DNA of 38,925 nucleotides from an uncultured bacterium (GCA_964585025.1 CAZPCO010000001.1:1-38925), one strand, 5' to 3'; positions 9,166 to 18,160 are shown, numbered from the stretch's first letter. Translations and numbers: made by a program. Notes: generated by a model not told the origin, from the sequence alone.

Positions 9166-9356
9166 ATGCCGGTATATTCATTGAAACGACCATGTTTCTT
9201 GAGCAGTTCAATATACTCGGCCTGCAGTTCAGCCACACCAAACAGCGCTGCCGTCAGGAAGTCCTTGCGGGTGTAGCCATGCTGACTGCTGAGTTCGGCA
9301 AAGCTGTGACCTTCTGCCAGCTGATCGAGTATTTTTTCGGATTTGGTCGGGGTCAT
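9159..9356 (-). CDS. Small hypothetical protein, possibly HTH-like (DUF433-like motif)
   Basis: ORF 9159..9401. ATG 9356 is preferred because AGGAG lies 7 nt upstream (caggagaaaaaaATG). The segment ILDQLAEGHSFAELSSQHGYTRKDFLTAALF weakly recalls the DUF433 C-terminal helix-turn-helix. Confidence 0.5.
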   Translation of the reverse strand: MTPTKSEKILDQLAEGHSFAELSSQHGYTRKDFLTAALFGVAELQAEYIELLKKHGRFNEYTGIK

Positions 9357-9465
9357 TTTTTTCTCCTGTAGCAATTCTAATAATTTATCGGCAGATTGCA
9401 ACTCAACCCGAAAACCTAAACGGGCATATGCAAACCTGTTTTATTGTCAATCTTCAGGAGCAAGC

Positions 9466-10098
9466 ATGGAACAAGGATTGTATAAAGAAATCGGGGGAGC
9501 CCATTCCGACAGGCCGGAATTAGTACCGCCGCCGCCTCGTGAAACGTTTGTCGTTCGATTATGGGGGCTGCCTCTTGGATACAAAGACAATTTTATCTGC
9601 GCCCTGGTTTTAATAATGACTCTGGCGCTGCAAATTCGACTGCAGAACACCTGGTTCGGTGAAGGATGGCTGGTGTTCCCGGGGATCGTCACTTATCTGG
9701 CGCTGCGTTTATGGTTTCTTGCGCGTCGTTATCCAAGCCCCGGAGAAATTGTCATCGATGCTGACCGGGTGACTTTACCCCCCAGTATCACCGGTGATAA
9801 AAAAGAAGTGATTATTTTTGCCGACTGTTCTCAGGTTAATGCCGTCTATTTTAAAACCAGGGGAGGCAGTGAAAACGTCACCTGTATCGAGTTTGCAGTT
9901 TCGCTTCAGACCTGGCGGGTAAACTGGCTGGCGGCTGACCTGAATAAGTTCGAAAGAGTGCTGGTGCGGCGCGGGGTTCGGGTTGCCCGGGTGAGGGGCA
10001 GATATGAAGACATGATGAACAGAGGAACCCTGATCATTATGCTGTCATTGCTGCTCTATCTCGTCGTATTCTTTCTGTTGCCCGGGCTTGTTCATTGA
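9466..10098 (+). CDS. Hypothetical membrane protein
   Basis: Within ORF 9343..10098, ATG 9466 is preceded by AGGAG (caggagcaagcATG). It has two central hydrophobic helices (FICALVLIMTLALQI, WLVFPGIVTYLALRLWFLA) and a C-terminal TM (LIIMLSLLLYLVVFFLL). Confidence 0.65.
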   Translation: MEQGLYKEIGGAHSDRPELVPPPPRETFVVRLWGLPLGYKDNFICALVLIMTLALQIRLQNTWFGEGWLVFPGIVTYLALRLWFLARRYPSPGEIVIDADRVTLPPSITGDKKEVIIFADCSQVNAVYFKTRGGSENVTCIEFAVSLQTWRVNWLAADLNKFERVLVRRGVRVARVRGRYEDMMNRGTLIIMLSLLLYLVVFFLLPGLVH

Positions 10099-10902
10099 AC
10101 CCCTTTGGTAACCGCCGGCATCGATGCAGATTTGATCGAACCCCAGGCTGGCAAGTTGCCCGGCGTGCATTTTTGCAATATCCAGGGCCAGATGCTGCTC
10201 ACCTTCGGCACTCTCAATACGGGCCAGCTTGCCATGATGTCGCAAACGACAGAAACTAAGCCCCGCCTGCTGCAGAATTTCTTCGCCCAGTTCAATCTGG
10301 CGCAGTTTTGCATCTGAAATTCGATTGCCGGTAGCGATGCGGGTAGCCAGACAGCTTTGCCCGGGCCGCACAATTTCACCGGCGTTGATTGATTGCAGAA
10401 CCTCGGTAATCAGAGCTTTGCTGAATCCGGCAGCCTGTAATGGGCTGGCAATGCCGAGTTCTTCAATTGCCCGTTTGCCAGGCCTGAAATCGGCGTTATC
10501 GTCAGTGACCGAGCCTTCGCATAATATTTCACCCGGCAGAGCCTGACCAAGCAGATGCCGGAAAATCAGCATTTTGCAATGATAACATCTCTGTAGATCG
10601 TTAGCTGTGACATCTTCAGCCTGAAGCTGGTTGACCATGGTTTCTGTAAAAACCAGGTTTCGCCTGGTAGCGATATCTCTGGCAATGCGCAATTCTCTGC
10701 CTGACATGAAAGGTGAGTTAACCAGAACTGCCCGGTAGTGCTCCGGCAGCATGATGCTGGCGGCTAAAGCCAGAAAACTGCTGTCCATGCCTCCAGAAAA
10801 GGCGATCATGACCCTTTTGTATTGTGCAAAAAGGTTTTTCAGTCTGCCGACAGCATTTTGAGCGGGTTCGGAAAGTTTTGTGTTCAGGATTAATTCATGC
10901 AT
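10045..10902 (-). CDS. larE: PP-loop ATP pyrophosphatase of the LarE (ATP-dependent sacrificial sulfur transferase) family
   Basis: PP-loop motif AFSGGMDSSFLA, the CYHCK motif, FRPGKRAIEELGIASPL, and the conserved SCLATR segment containing the candidate sulfur-donor Cys, followed by RLRHHGKLARIE. Start is either ATG 10902 (MHELIL...) or ATG 10956; neither has a clear SD. Confidence 0.8.
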   Translation of the reverse strand: MHELILNTKLSEPAQNAVGRLKNLFAQYKRVMIAFSGGMDSSFLALAASIMLPEHYRAVLVNSPFMSGRELRIARDIATRRNLVFTETMVNQLQAEDVTANDLQRCYHCKMLIFRHLLGQALPGEILCEGSVTDDNADFRPGKRAIEELGIASPLQAAGFSKALITEVLQSINAGEIVRPGQSCLATRIATGNRISDAKLRQIELGEEILQQAGLSFCRLRHHGKLARIESAEGEQHLALDIAKMHAGQLASLGFDQICIDAGGYQRGSMNKPGQQKEYDEIEQQ

Positions 10903-10985
10903 ATGTGCCAATGATATCAGAAAAGCTGCCTGAATTTTGGCTGTTTGTGATATCATTCAGCCACCACAAACATGGGGGAAACCAA

Positions 10986-11903
10986 ATGGGTCTCGATTCA
11001 GTGCATTTCAAGGCCAGTTACAGCTTTCTGGGCCTTCCAGAAGAAGACAGCAACTATGAAGATGCCCGTGCAGTCATCATTCCGGTGCCATATGACAGCA
11101 CTACCTCTTATCGTGCCGGCACCCGCGAAGGCCCGGCCGCTATCATAACCGCCTCCAGACAGGTTGAACTGTATGATCTCGATTTGCAGTGCGAGCCGCT
11201 GCTGGCAGGTGTCCATACTTTTCCAGAGCTTGAACCCGACATGCAGGGTCCGGCAGCGACGTTGAAGAATATTGAAAATGCCGTCCGGGAAGTGCTCGCC
11301 GCTGGCAAATTCCCGGTCATGCTCGGTGGTGAACACAGCATCACTACTGCTCCTGTAAAGGCGATCAAAGAAAAATACGGCGATTCACTCTCAGTTCTGC
11401 AGCTCGATGCTCATTCAGATCTGCGCGATTCTTACGAAAACACGCCGTTCAACCATGCTTCGGTCATGCGTCGGGTATATGATCTGGCGAAGCTTACCCA
11501 GGTTGGTATTCGCAATACCTGCCGCGACGAAATCGAGTTTATCAGAAAAGTCGGTCATGATGGCATAATCTGGGCGAGCGAAATGGCCGACGGAAATATG
11601 GCCTGGGTTGACCGGGTTATGAAGCGCCTTGGCGACAATGTTTACATCACCATCGATCTCGATGCTTTCGATCCTTCGATCATGCCGGCAGTCGGAACTC
11701 CGGAACCTGGTGGCATGCTCTGGTATCAGACCCTGCATCTGTTGAATCGGGTTATCGATGAACGCAACGTTGTTGGTTTCGATGTCGTCGAATTGTGCCC
11801 GATTCCAGGCAATATTGCCTCAGATTTTCTGGCTGCCAAGCTGGTGTTCAAAATGCTTGGCCGCATTTTTAGAAAAAACGGCTGGATAGCCGGGGACGAA
11901 TAA
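10986..11903 (+). CDS. speB: Agmatinase (ureohydrolase/arginase family)
   Basis: Mn-ligand motifs are present: GGEHSIT, DAHSDLRD, ITIDLDAFDPS and GFDVVELCP. ATG 10986 is preferred over the ORF-track start 10824, with GGGGGA 6 nt upstream. Confidence 0.9.
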   Translation: MGLDSVHFKASYSFLGLPEEDSNYEDARAVIIPVPYDSTTSYRAGTREGPAAIITASRQVELYDLDLQCEPLLAGVHTFPELEPDMQGPAATLKNIENAVREVLAAGKFPVMLGGEHSITTAPVKAIKEKYGDSLSVLQLDAHSDLRDSYENTPFNHASVMRRVYDLAKLTQVGIRNTCRDEIEFIRKVGHDGIIWASEMADGNMAWVDRVMKRLGDNVYITIDLDAFDPSIMPAVGTPEPGGMLWYQTLHLLNRVIDERNVVGFDVVELCPIPGNIASDFLAAKLVFKMLGRIFRKNGWIAGDE

Positions 11904-11904
11904 T

Positions 11905-12711
11905 TTGACCATCTCGATACATTTTGCGCTTGTGGCTGCGGTGCTGGCGGCTTTTCTCGGCCGTCGCATCGGCTGGGCGATTCGTGCCTGGCCGGGTCAT
12001 GAAGAATTTCATTGCGATTATCTTCATTGTGCTGATTGTGATGGTGGCGCCCGCCGTGGTTGTTATAATGCCGGTCGCGCCCAGGATCGCTTTTATATTG
12101 TGTTTTCAGCTCTGGTGGCCGGGTTGTCGGTCGTTTATTTCGGAGTGTCGATGAAAGCGCTGCTTTCCTGGGTCTTTTCGGTCAGCTGCATGATAATTAC
12201 CATTGTCGACATCAGATATCTGATCATTCCAGATACCCTGTCGATAAACGGTTGCTGGACTGGCCTTCTCTACGCTGCCTGCTGTCATGGCTGGGTCAAA
12301 CTTGGTTATACCCCGTCGAGTTATCACGTTGATTTTTTCGATTCATTGCTTGGCTTTGCCATTGGCGGCGGTTTCCTCTGGCTGCTGGCCTGGCTTGCGG
12401 TTTTGCTGTTGAAAAAAGAAGGCATGGGTGGCGGCGACGTCAAACTTCTGGCCGCCTTTGGAGCATGGGCAGGTTGGCAGACCGTTATCGGAACTGTGGT
12501 TATCGCGAGTTTTCTCGGCGCGGCCGGCGGTATTTCCAGTATTGTTTATCAGCGTCTGCGTTATCGTCGTGAATATCGGCCATTGACGCACATGATACCC
12601 TTCGGGCCATATCTCTGCTTCGCATTTTTATTCATTTTTTTCCTTGGTCTCGATCCCCTGCTTCATCTGCTCGATGCTTACCAGTTATGGCTGATGTCAG
12701 CAACAAACTGA
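11905..12711 (+). CDS. Type IV prepilin peptidase (peptidase A24 family)
   Basis: TTG start 1 nt after the speB stop. The two catalytic Asp contexts are TIVDIRYLIIPD and GMGGGDVKLLAAFGAWAGW. The N-terminal region is Cys-rich (CDYLHCADCDGGARRGC) and the protein is polytopic. Confidence 0.88.
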   Translation: MTISIHFALVAAVLAAFLGRRIGWAIRAWPGHEEFHCDYLHCADCDGGARRGCYNAGRAQDRFYIVFSALVAGLSVVYFGVSMKALLSWVFSVSCMIITIVDIRYLIIPDTLSINGCWTGLLYAACCHGWVKLGYTPSSYHVDFFDSLLGFAIGGGFLWLLAWLAVLLLKKEGMGGGDVKLLAAFGAWAGWQTVIGTVVIASFLGAAGGISSIVYQRLRYRREYRPLTHMIPFGPYLCFAFLFIFFLGLDPLLHLLDAYQLWLMSATN

Positions 12712-12765
12712 AAGTCGTGAAAACATTCCGGGTTCTGCATGGCGGCGCTGTCGATGAAAGAAATG

Positions 12766-12794
12766 TTGACAATTGGGGTGTCAGTTGATAGACT
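12766..12794 (+). promoter_or_regulatory. Sigma-70 promoter for secG with an extended -10
   Basis: Perfect -35 TTGACA (12766-12771), a 17-nt spacer and TGA-TAGACT (-10 at 12789-12794). The secG ATG lies 45 nt downstream. Confidence 0.6.
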
Positions 12795-12838
12795 CAGGAA
12801 CCCAAAGTTTATGTACGAACTAAAGGAGTTTACAGGCT

Positions 12839-13309
12839 ATGCTCGCCGGTTTTATTCAGCTGATTCATATTCTCGTATGTGTAGGTCTGATCGTAATTGT
12901 ATTGCTTCAGGCCGATAAGGGCGAAGGCCTTTCCGGCGCTTTTGGCGGTGGTGCTTCTTCAACTGTTTTTGGTGAACGTGGCAGTGGTGGTTTCATGTCG
13001 AAACTTACAACTTCCATGGCCGTTGTTTTCATGATTACTTCTCTGATTATCGCTGTTTACATCCCCAGATGGGAAGAATCAAACCCCGCTCAGTATTCCG
13101 CTCCTGCTTCAATGCCGATGGCTCCTGCCGCTATCCCTGGCGGACTACCTATTCAGGTTCCTGATACCAGTGCTGCACCTGTAGCTCCTGCTGCCGCTCA
13201 ACCGGTAGCCGCTCCTGTGGTTCCGGTAACTCCTGCTCCCGCTGCTCTTCCGGTAACCGGTGAAGCTCCCGCTGCAGCTCCTGCTCCGGCCGCCAATCCA
13301 AATAATTGA
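12839..13309 (+). CDS. secG: Preprotein translocase subunit SecG with an approximately 80-aa Pro/Ala-rich C-terminal extension
   Basis: AAGGAG lies upstream. The SecG core is LLQADKGEGLSGAFGGGASSTVFGERGSGGFMSKLT with two TM helices. The tail is PAPAAIPGG...APVAPAAAQPVAAPVVPVTPAPAALPVTGEAPAAAPAPAANPNN. Confidence 0.9.
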   Translation: MLAGFIQLIHILVCVGLIVIVLLQADKGEGLSGAFGGGASSTVFGERGSGGFMSKLTTSMAVVFMITSLIIAVYIPRWEESNPAQYSAPASMPMAPAAIPGGLPIQVPDTSAAPVAPAAAQPVAAPVVPVTPAPAALPVTGEAPAAAPAPAANPNN

Positions 13310-13333
13310 CCGACACTTTCCTTTAAAAACCAG

Positions 13334-13367
13334 AGAGAGCTGCATCGACTGATGCAGCTCTCTTTTT
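13334..13367. terminator. Bidirectional rho-independent terminator shared by secG (+) and the FloA-like gene (-)
   Basis: A 13-bp perfect stem, AGAGAGCTGCATC (13334-13346) with GATGCAGCTCTCT (13351-13363), and loop GACT. T-runs flank it on both strands (TTTTT 13363-13367; on the minus strand, GGTTTTTAAAG follows the stem). Confidence 0.85.
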
Positions 13368-13378
13368 ATGCTCTGATC

Positions 13379-13768
13379 TTAGAGATTTTCTTTTTCGATC
13401 AGATCCAGGTCTATTGCACAGGCTTTCTTCAGAGAGAGTTCCTCTCCGCGTTTCCTGGCTTCCAGAAGAGCAGCTGTTACTCTGGCAACGTTTCCTCCGG
13501 CCAGACAATGCGCTTCAAGTGTGTAGATCAGATCTTCACGATGTTCAAACTGAAAATCTATTCCTGTCTGCAGTAATTTAATGGCATTTAGTATTATCAG
13601 ATCAGGATTGACGCCGCGGATTCGCATACCGACAACCATTGCCGGAGTGATCTGCACTCTGGCTTCTCTGCCCTTGAAAATAAGGGTAAAGCGCAGATAC
13701 CAGATCAGGAAAAGCACTGCCAGTATCTCGGGTAGAATCATCACCATTATCATGGTGGACAAACTCAT
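13379..13768 (-). CDS. Short FloA/UPF0365-like protein (membrane anchor plus the N-terminal conserved segment only, no SPFH domain)
   Basis: 129 aa with an N-terminal TM (IMVMILPEILAVLFLIWYL). The segment VGMRIRGVNPDLIILNAIKLLQTGI...LEAHCLAGGNVARVTAALLEARKRGEELSLKKACAIDL aligns by eye with B. subtilis FloA ([25 protein letters not shown]...[38 protein letters not shown]). Confidence 0.7.
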   Translation of the reverse strand: MSLSTMIMVMILPEILAVLFLIWYLRFTLIFKGREARVQITPAMVVGMRIRGVNPDLIILNAIKLLQTGIDFQFEHREDLIYTLEAHCLAGGNVARVTAALLEARKRGEELSLKKACAIDLDLIEKENL

Positions 13769-13792
13769 AGAATTCCTTTCAAAGAGCTGAAG

Positions 13793-13827
13793 AAAAGGCC
13801 TGTCGAAGATTCTTCGACAGGCCTTTT
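13793..13827 (-). terminator. Rho-independent terminator after eno
   Basis: GGCCTGTCGAAGA (13797-13809) pairs with TCTTCGACAGGCC (13811-13823). It is flanked by AAAA/TTTT, and on the minus strand TTTTCT follows the stem. Confidence 0.8.
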
Positions 13828-13841
13828 AACGAGGGGTGCTG

Positions 13842-15236
<1,395 letters not shown>

Positions 15237-15500
15237 TTAACGCTTCTCAAGAATCATTGCCCGAGAAGGATGTTTGTTCTGATCGAAATGTTATCTGGCA
15301 TGAAGATTCAATTTCCAGATTTTCTTACGAAGAGACAATACATGGTTCGAAAAGTATTTCTTTCGGCAGTCTTTGCAGGCCACCCCGGAAGAGAAACAGG
15401 AATTTCCTGCTCGGGGTAAAAGAGACTCAATGTTGAAGGCAATCTTTTGTTCTGAGCATGATTAGTTTGGGTTTTGCAGAGCTGTCCTGGGTTCATAAAT

Positions 15501-15536
15501 GAAAAACGGCCAGGAAGTTGCAGCTTGCCTGGCCGT
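15501..15536 (-). terminator. Rho-independent terminator after the zinc-ribbon membrane protein gene
   Basis: On the minus strand, ACGGCCAGG pairs with CCTGGCCGT (15536-15528 with 15514-15506) around a 13-nt loop. TTTTTC follows. Confidence 0.8.
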
Positions 15537-15553
15537 TGTCGCAAAAGGGGGGA

Positions 15554-16024
15554 TCAGACTTTTGCGGTGGTGTCGGTTGCCTGGGCGGACTGGCTCAGAT
15601 TGTAATTGCAATTGGGGCAGAATTTCCAGCCCTTCTTTATTTCACTGTTGCATCCGGGGCAGTTTTCGAGCGGGCGATCGACTTTTTCACCGCACCAGGG
15701 GCAGTTGCTGAATTTCTCTTCGAGGGTGCCGCCGCAGCCTCGGCAGGTATGGACCAGTGGCTGTTCAGGCCTGACCAGCAGGTAGACTACCAGGCCAAAA
15801 ACGTTGGTGAAAAGTGCAAAGGTGGCCCAGAGGACCGGGCGGTTGATACGGCGTTCCTGGGCATCGGCGAGAACGAAGATTGGCGGTGCCAGCATCAGAA
15901 ACAGGAAGATGGCCGGTGGCAGCAGTCGCAGCACGATCTTGAGGGCCAGCATGCCCAGCAGTACGACGCAGACGTAAAAGAGAATGTCCTTGGCGGTGAG
16001 ATCTTTTTTGTCAGGGAATTTCAT
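15554..16024 (-). CDS. Membrane protein with a PLDc_N-like N-terminal domain and a C-terminal double zinc ribbon
   Basis: GGAGG lies 7 nt before ATG 16024. The segment VLADAQERRINRPVLWATFALFTNVFGLVVYLLVRP resembles the PLD N-terminal membrane domain. The C-terminus has CRGCGG..CPWCG..CPGCN..CPNCN, four CxxC pairs. Confidence 0.75.
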   Translation of the reverse strand: MKFPDKKDLTAKDILFYVCVVLLGMLALKIVLRLLPPAIFLFLMLAPPIFVLADAQERRINRPVLWATFALFTNVFGLVVYLLVRPEQPLVHTCRGCGGTLEEKFSNCPWCGEKVDRPLENCPGCNSEIKKGWKFCPNCNYNLSQSAQATDTTAKV

Positions 16025-16052
16025 ATGATTTCCTCCATTGAGTAAGCCTGCT

Positions 16053-16625
16053 TCAGCAGGCGAACATGCGCAAACTCCCGGAAAACAGCCGTGCTAGAAA
16101 GCCGGATTTTGGTTCACGCATCGGGTTGCGGTTAAGGTTCTTGAGCAGCAGCGGGGAACTGATCAGGGCAAAGATTCCGCCTGCCGCGAAGAAAGCCAGA
16201 AACAGCCCATAGTCATTGACCAGATCGATATTTGTAACAAGTCCATATTCGAGCAGCCAGCCATTGAGAGAAGGCTGGACAAGCAGAATTGAGAGCCAGA
16301 TAACGACTGACATGCAGGCCAGATAAGAATATTGAACGATCAGCAGAGTTCTTGTCTGGTTCATCTGTCGCGGCGCAGGCTTCAATTGAGGAGTTGTATT
16401 GAGCCTGGCTTCAATTGCGATCAGGAGGTGAGCCGGCACAACTTCTGGAACTGCCGAAGACTTCTGAAGATGCGCGAGCGTCTGCTCCAGTTGATCGAAC
16501 TCCTGGCGGCATACCTGGCAGGTGGTCAGATGTTTCTGAATTTCTTCAGGAACCTGCCCGGGCGGGCCACTGAAGTATTCAACCATGCGTGACTGCAGTT
16601 CAAGGCATTGTGGTTTGTCATTCAT
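16053..16625 (-). CDS. Anti-sigma factor (zf-HC2 type) with a membrane-spanning C-terminal half
   Basis: It overlaps the sigma gene by 8 nt (ATGAATGA). The motif H-x3-C-x2-C (HLTTCQVCRQEF) lies near the N-terminus, followed by several hydrophobic helices. Confidence 0.75.
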   Translation of the reverse strand: MNDKPQCLELQSRMVEYFSGPPGQVPEEIQKHLTTCQVCRQEFDQLEQTLAHLQKSSAVPEVVPAHLLIAIEARLNTTPQLKPAPRQMNQTRTLLIVQYSYLACMSVVIWLSILLVQPSLNGWLLEYGLVTNIDLVNDYGLFLAFFAAGGIFALISSPLLLKNLNRNPMREPKSGFLARLFSGSLRMFAC

Positions 16626-17187
16626 GAGAATTCTCCTTGAAGAAGAAGCTTCTTAACTTTTTCAGACCATAAAAAATTCGGCTTTTTACGGTGCCTGCCG
16701 GAGTCTGGGTAATCTCGGCAATCTCGTCGATGCTGAGATTCTCAAGATGTCTCAGACATACCGCCTGCCTTAGATCGTCAGGCAGACAATCGAGAAGTCT
16801 GATCGCACTTCTGGCATCTTCGTTGCGAAACGCCGAATCTTCAGGCCCTGGTGTATCCGTGTCGGGAACCGATTCATGTAGTTCCGCTTCGCGGGCCTGG
16901 TTCTTTGTTCGCTTCGCTTCGAGCCAGTTCAGGCAATGCCTGGTACCAACCAGATAGATCCAGCTCCGGGCACGACCTTTTTCCGGGTCGAACAATGGAG
17001 CATTCTGCCAGATGCGCAGCATCACTTCCTGAAATAACTCGTCGCAGTCAGAACTGCGGTTTCCGGCCATTCGTTTCACCAGGCGATAGATTGCTGCCGA
17101 ATATTGCTGATAAATCTCTCTGAAAGCAGATTTATCACCTCGGGCAATGTCGAGCAGAAGTTGTTCGTCTGATCTTTTCATGGTCAT
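16618..17187 (-). CDS. ECF-type RNA polymerase sigma-70 family factor
   Basis: Region 2 is FREIYQQYSAAIYRLVKRM...DCDELFQEVMLRIWQN. Region 4 HTH is LRHLENLSIDEIAEITQTPAGTVKSRIFYGLKKLR. Confidence 0.9.
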   Translation of the reverse strand: MTMKRSDEQLLLDIARGDKSAFREIYQQYSAAIYRLVKRMAGNRSSDCDELFQEVMLRIWQNAPLFDPEKGRARSWIYLVGTRHCLNWLEAKRTKNQAREAELHESVPDTDTPGPEDSAFRNEDARSAIRLLDCLPDDLRQAVCLRHLENLSIDEIAEITQTPAGTVKSRIFYGLKKLRSFFFKENSHE

Positions 17188-17231
17188 TCATATGCTAATA
17201 CAGGAAAAAATGTTCGTGGTTCAAAATATTC

Positions 17232-17247
17232 GCGAAAAATTTTTCGC
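17232..17247. promoter_or_regulatory. Perfect 16-bp palindrome upstream of the ECF sigma gene (candidate operator)
   Basis: GCGAAAAATTTTTCGC lies 45-60 nt upstream of ATG 17187, between the upstream terminator and the sigma gene. Confidence 0.35.
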
Positions 17248-17255
17248 CTAAAATG

Positions 17256-17305
17256 CAGATCCGCCCGAGCAAGACATAAAGCCTTGAACGGACGGATCTG
17301 TTTTT
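17256..17305. terminator. Hairpin terminator candidate downstream of the 227-aa secreted-protein gene
   Basis: CAGATCCGCCCG (17256-17267) pairs with CGGACGGATCTG (17289-17300) at 11 of 12 positions, with a 21-nt loop. TTTTT follows on the plus strand and GCATTTT on the minus strand. Confidence 0.45.
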
Positions 17306-17310
17306 GCGTC

Positions 17311-17994
17311 TTAGAAACCAGCGTCGCACGAATCTCCACGCGTGCCACTGGGAAGATCGGGCAGTGCCGGCATCAATGCCGGAATTGAAGGTGTGCCCGG
17401 CTGGGCGCTTTCAGCACCCAGTGAATTCATATGCTGAATGAGCTGCTGTTTGATCTCTTCGGCACGCAGATCGCTGCCACTATGCAGGCCGCGGGCCCGT
17501 GCCCGGTAAACCATGTCGTTCATTTTCTGCTGCGAATCGGCCGGAAGTGGTGCAGTGCCCTCAATTACAGCCTGTGGACCCATCGGAGTGAGTGTCAATG
17601 GCATCGGATCGGAAGGCAAAACACCGCCAGGGGTCATTGGCGTCGGGGTAACCAGTCCAACCGGTGGTTGTTCCGGCGGAGCCATGGCAGCCAGCTTTTT
17701 GCGATGTTCTGCCATTGCAAGTTCCCAGGTATATACATCAGGTTCATAGATATATGGGGCATTATGTTCTTTGATGCCCCGAATGAAAGTTTTATGATCG
17801 CGGTTGAAGACAGCCCGGCCTGTTTTCGCGTAAAGCCCGTCGCGAATCATGGTTTCTGAAAAGTCCAGGTATTCCATCTGCTCACGGTTTGAGCCTTCAA
17901 GAACAGCCTGAGCAGGATTGGGCATGCTGACCATAACAGCGCAGAAAGCCACCGCTGCCAGTCCTTTGACCATGAATTTCATCTGTAAGTGCAT
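17311..17994 (-). CDS. Hypothetical secreted protein with Pro-rich central and C-terminal segments
   Basis: GGAGGG lies 5 nt before ATG 17994. The signal peptide is KGLAAVAFCAVMVSMPNPAQA. No family is recognised. Confidence 0.7.
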   Translation of the reverse strand: MHLQMKFMVKGLAAVAFCAVMVSMPNPAQAVLEGSNREQMEYLDFSETMIRDGLYAKTGRAVFNRDHKTFIRGIKEHNAPYIYEPDVYTWELAMAEHRKKLAAMAPPEQPPVGLVTPTPMTPGGVLPSDPMPLTLTPMGPQAVIEGTAPLPADSQQKMNDMVYRARARGLHSGSDLRAEEIKQQLIQHMNSLGAESAQPGTPSIPALMPALPDLPSGTRGDSCDAGF

Positions 17995-18034
17995 AATGCC
18001 CTCCGTAACCCGCAGGTAGATTTAACAAGGCGAG

Positions 18035-18063
18035 AATGTGTTCAAACCTTGTGGGTTTGTCAA
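18035..18063 (-). promoter_or_regulatory. Candidate sigma-70 promoter for the 227-aa secreted-protein gene
   Basis: The minus strand has a perfect -35 TTGACA (18063-18058), a 17-nt spacer and a weak -10 CACATT (18040-18035). Confidence 0.3.
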
Positions 18064-18109
18064 GGGCATTTTTGTTTTCTCGTAAAATGCATTTGAAAGC
18101 CATAAGGAA

Positions 18110-18137
18110 GGCCCCCACAGAAGTTTCTGCGGGGGCC
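18110..18137 (-). terminator. Terminator hairpin after the Hsp20 pair
   Basis: On the minus strand, GGCCCCCGCAGAA pairs with TTCTGTGGGGGCC (13 bp including one G-T wobble). It starts 24 nt after the stop at 18161 and is followed by TTCCTTATGGCTTTC. Confidence 0.6.
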
Positions 18138-18160
18138 AGGGTAGAGGGGAGTAGATGCTG

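Noticed and set aside
8970-9371. 133-aa plus-strand ORF spanning the sORF, terminator and convergent small gene
   Set aside because: It runs through a strong terminator hairpin and across an oppositely oriented gene with a good SD. The 28-codon ORF in another frame has much better signals.
10045-10098. 54-nt overlap of the convergent 3' ends of the membrane-protein gene and larE; a similar 20-nt overlap at 24540-24559
   Set aside because: Convergent 3' overlaps of this size are common in compact genomes, and either C-terminus may be slightly over-extended. There is no additional structure to support a regulatory role.
15344-15354. GGTTCGAAAAG, a tRNA T-loop-like string
   Set aside because: The flanking bases do not form a T-stem, and no acceptor or anticodon arms can be built. 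It is not a tRNA.
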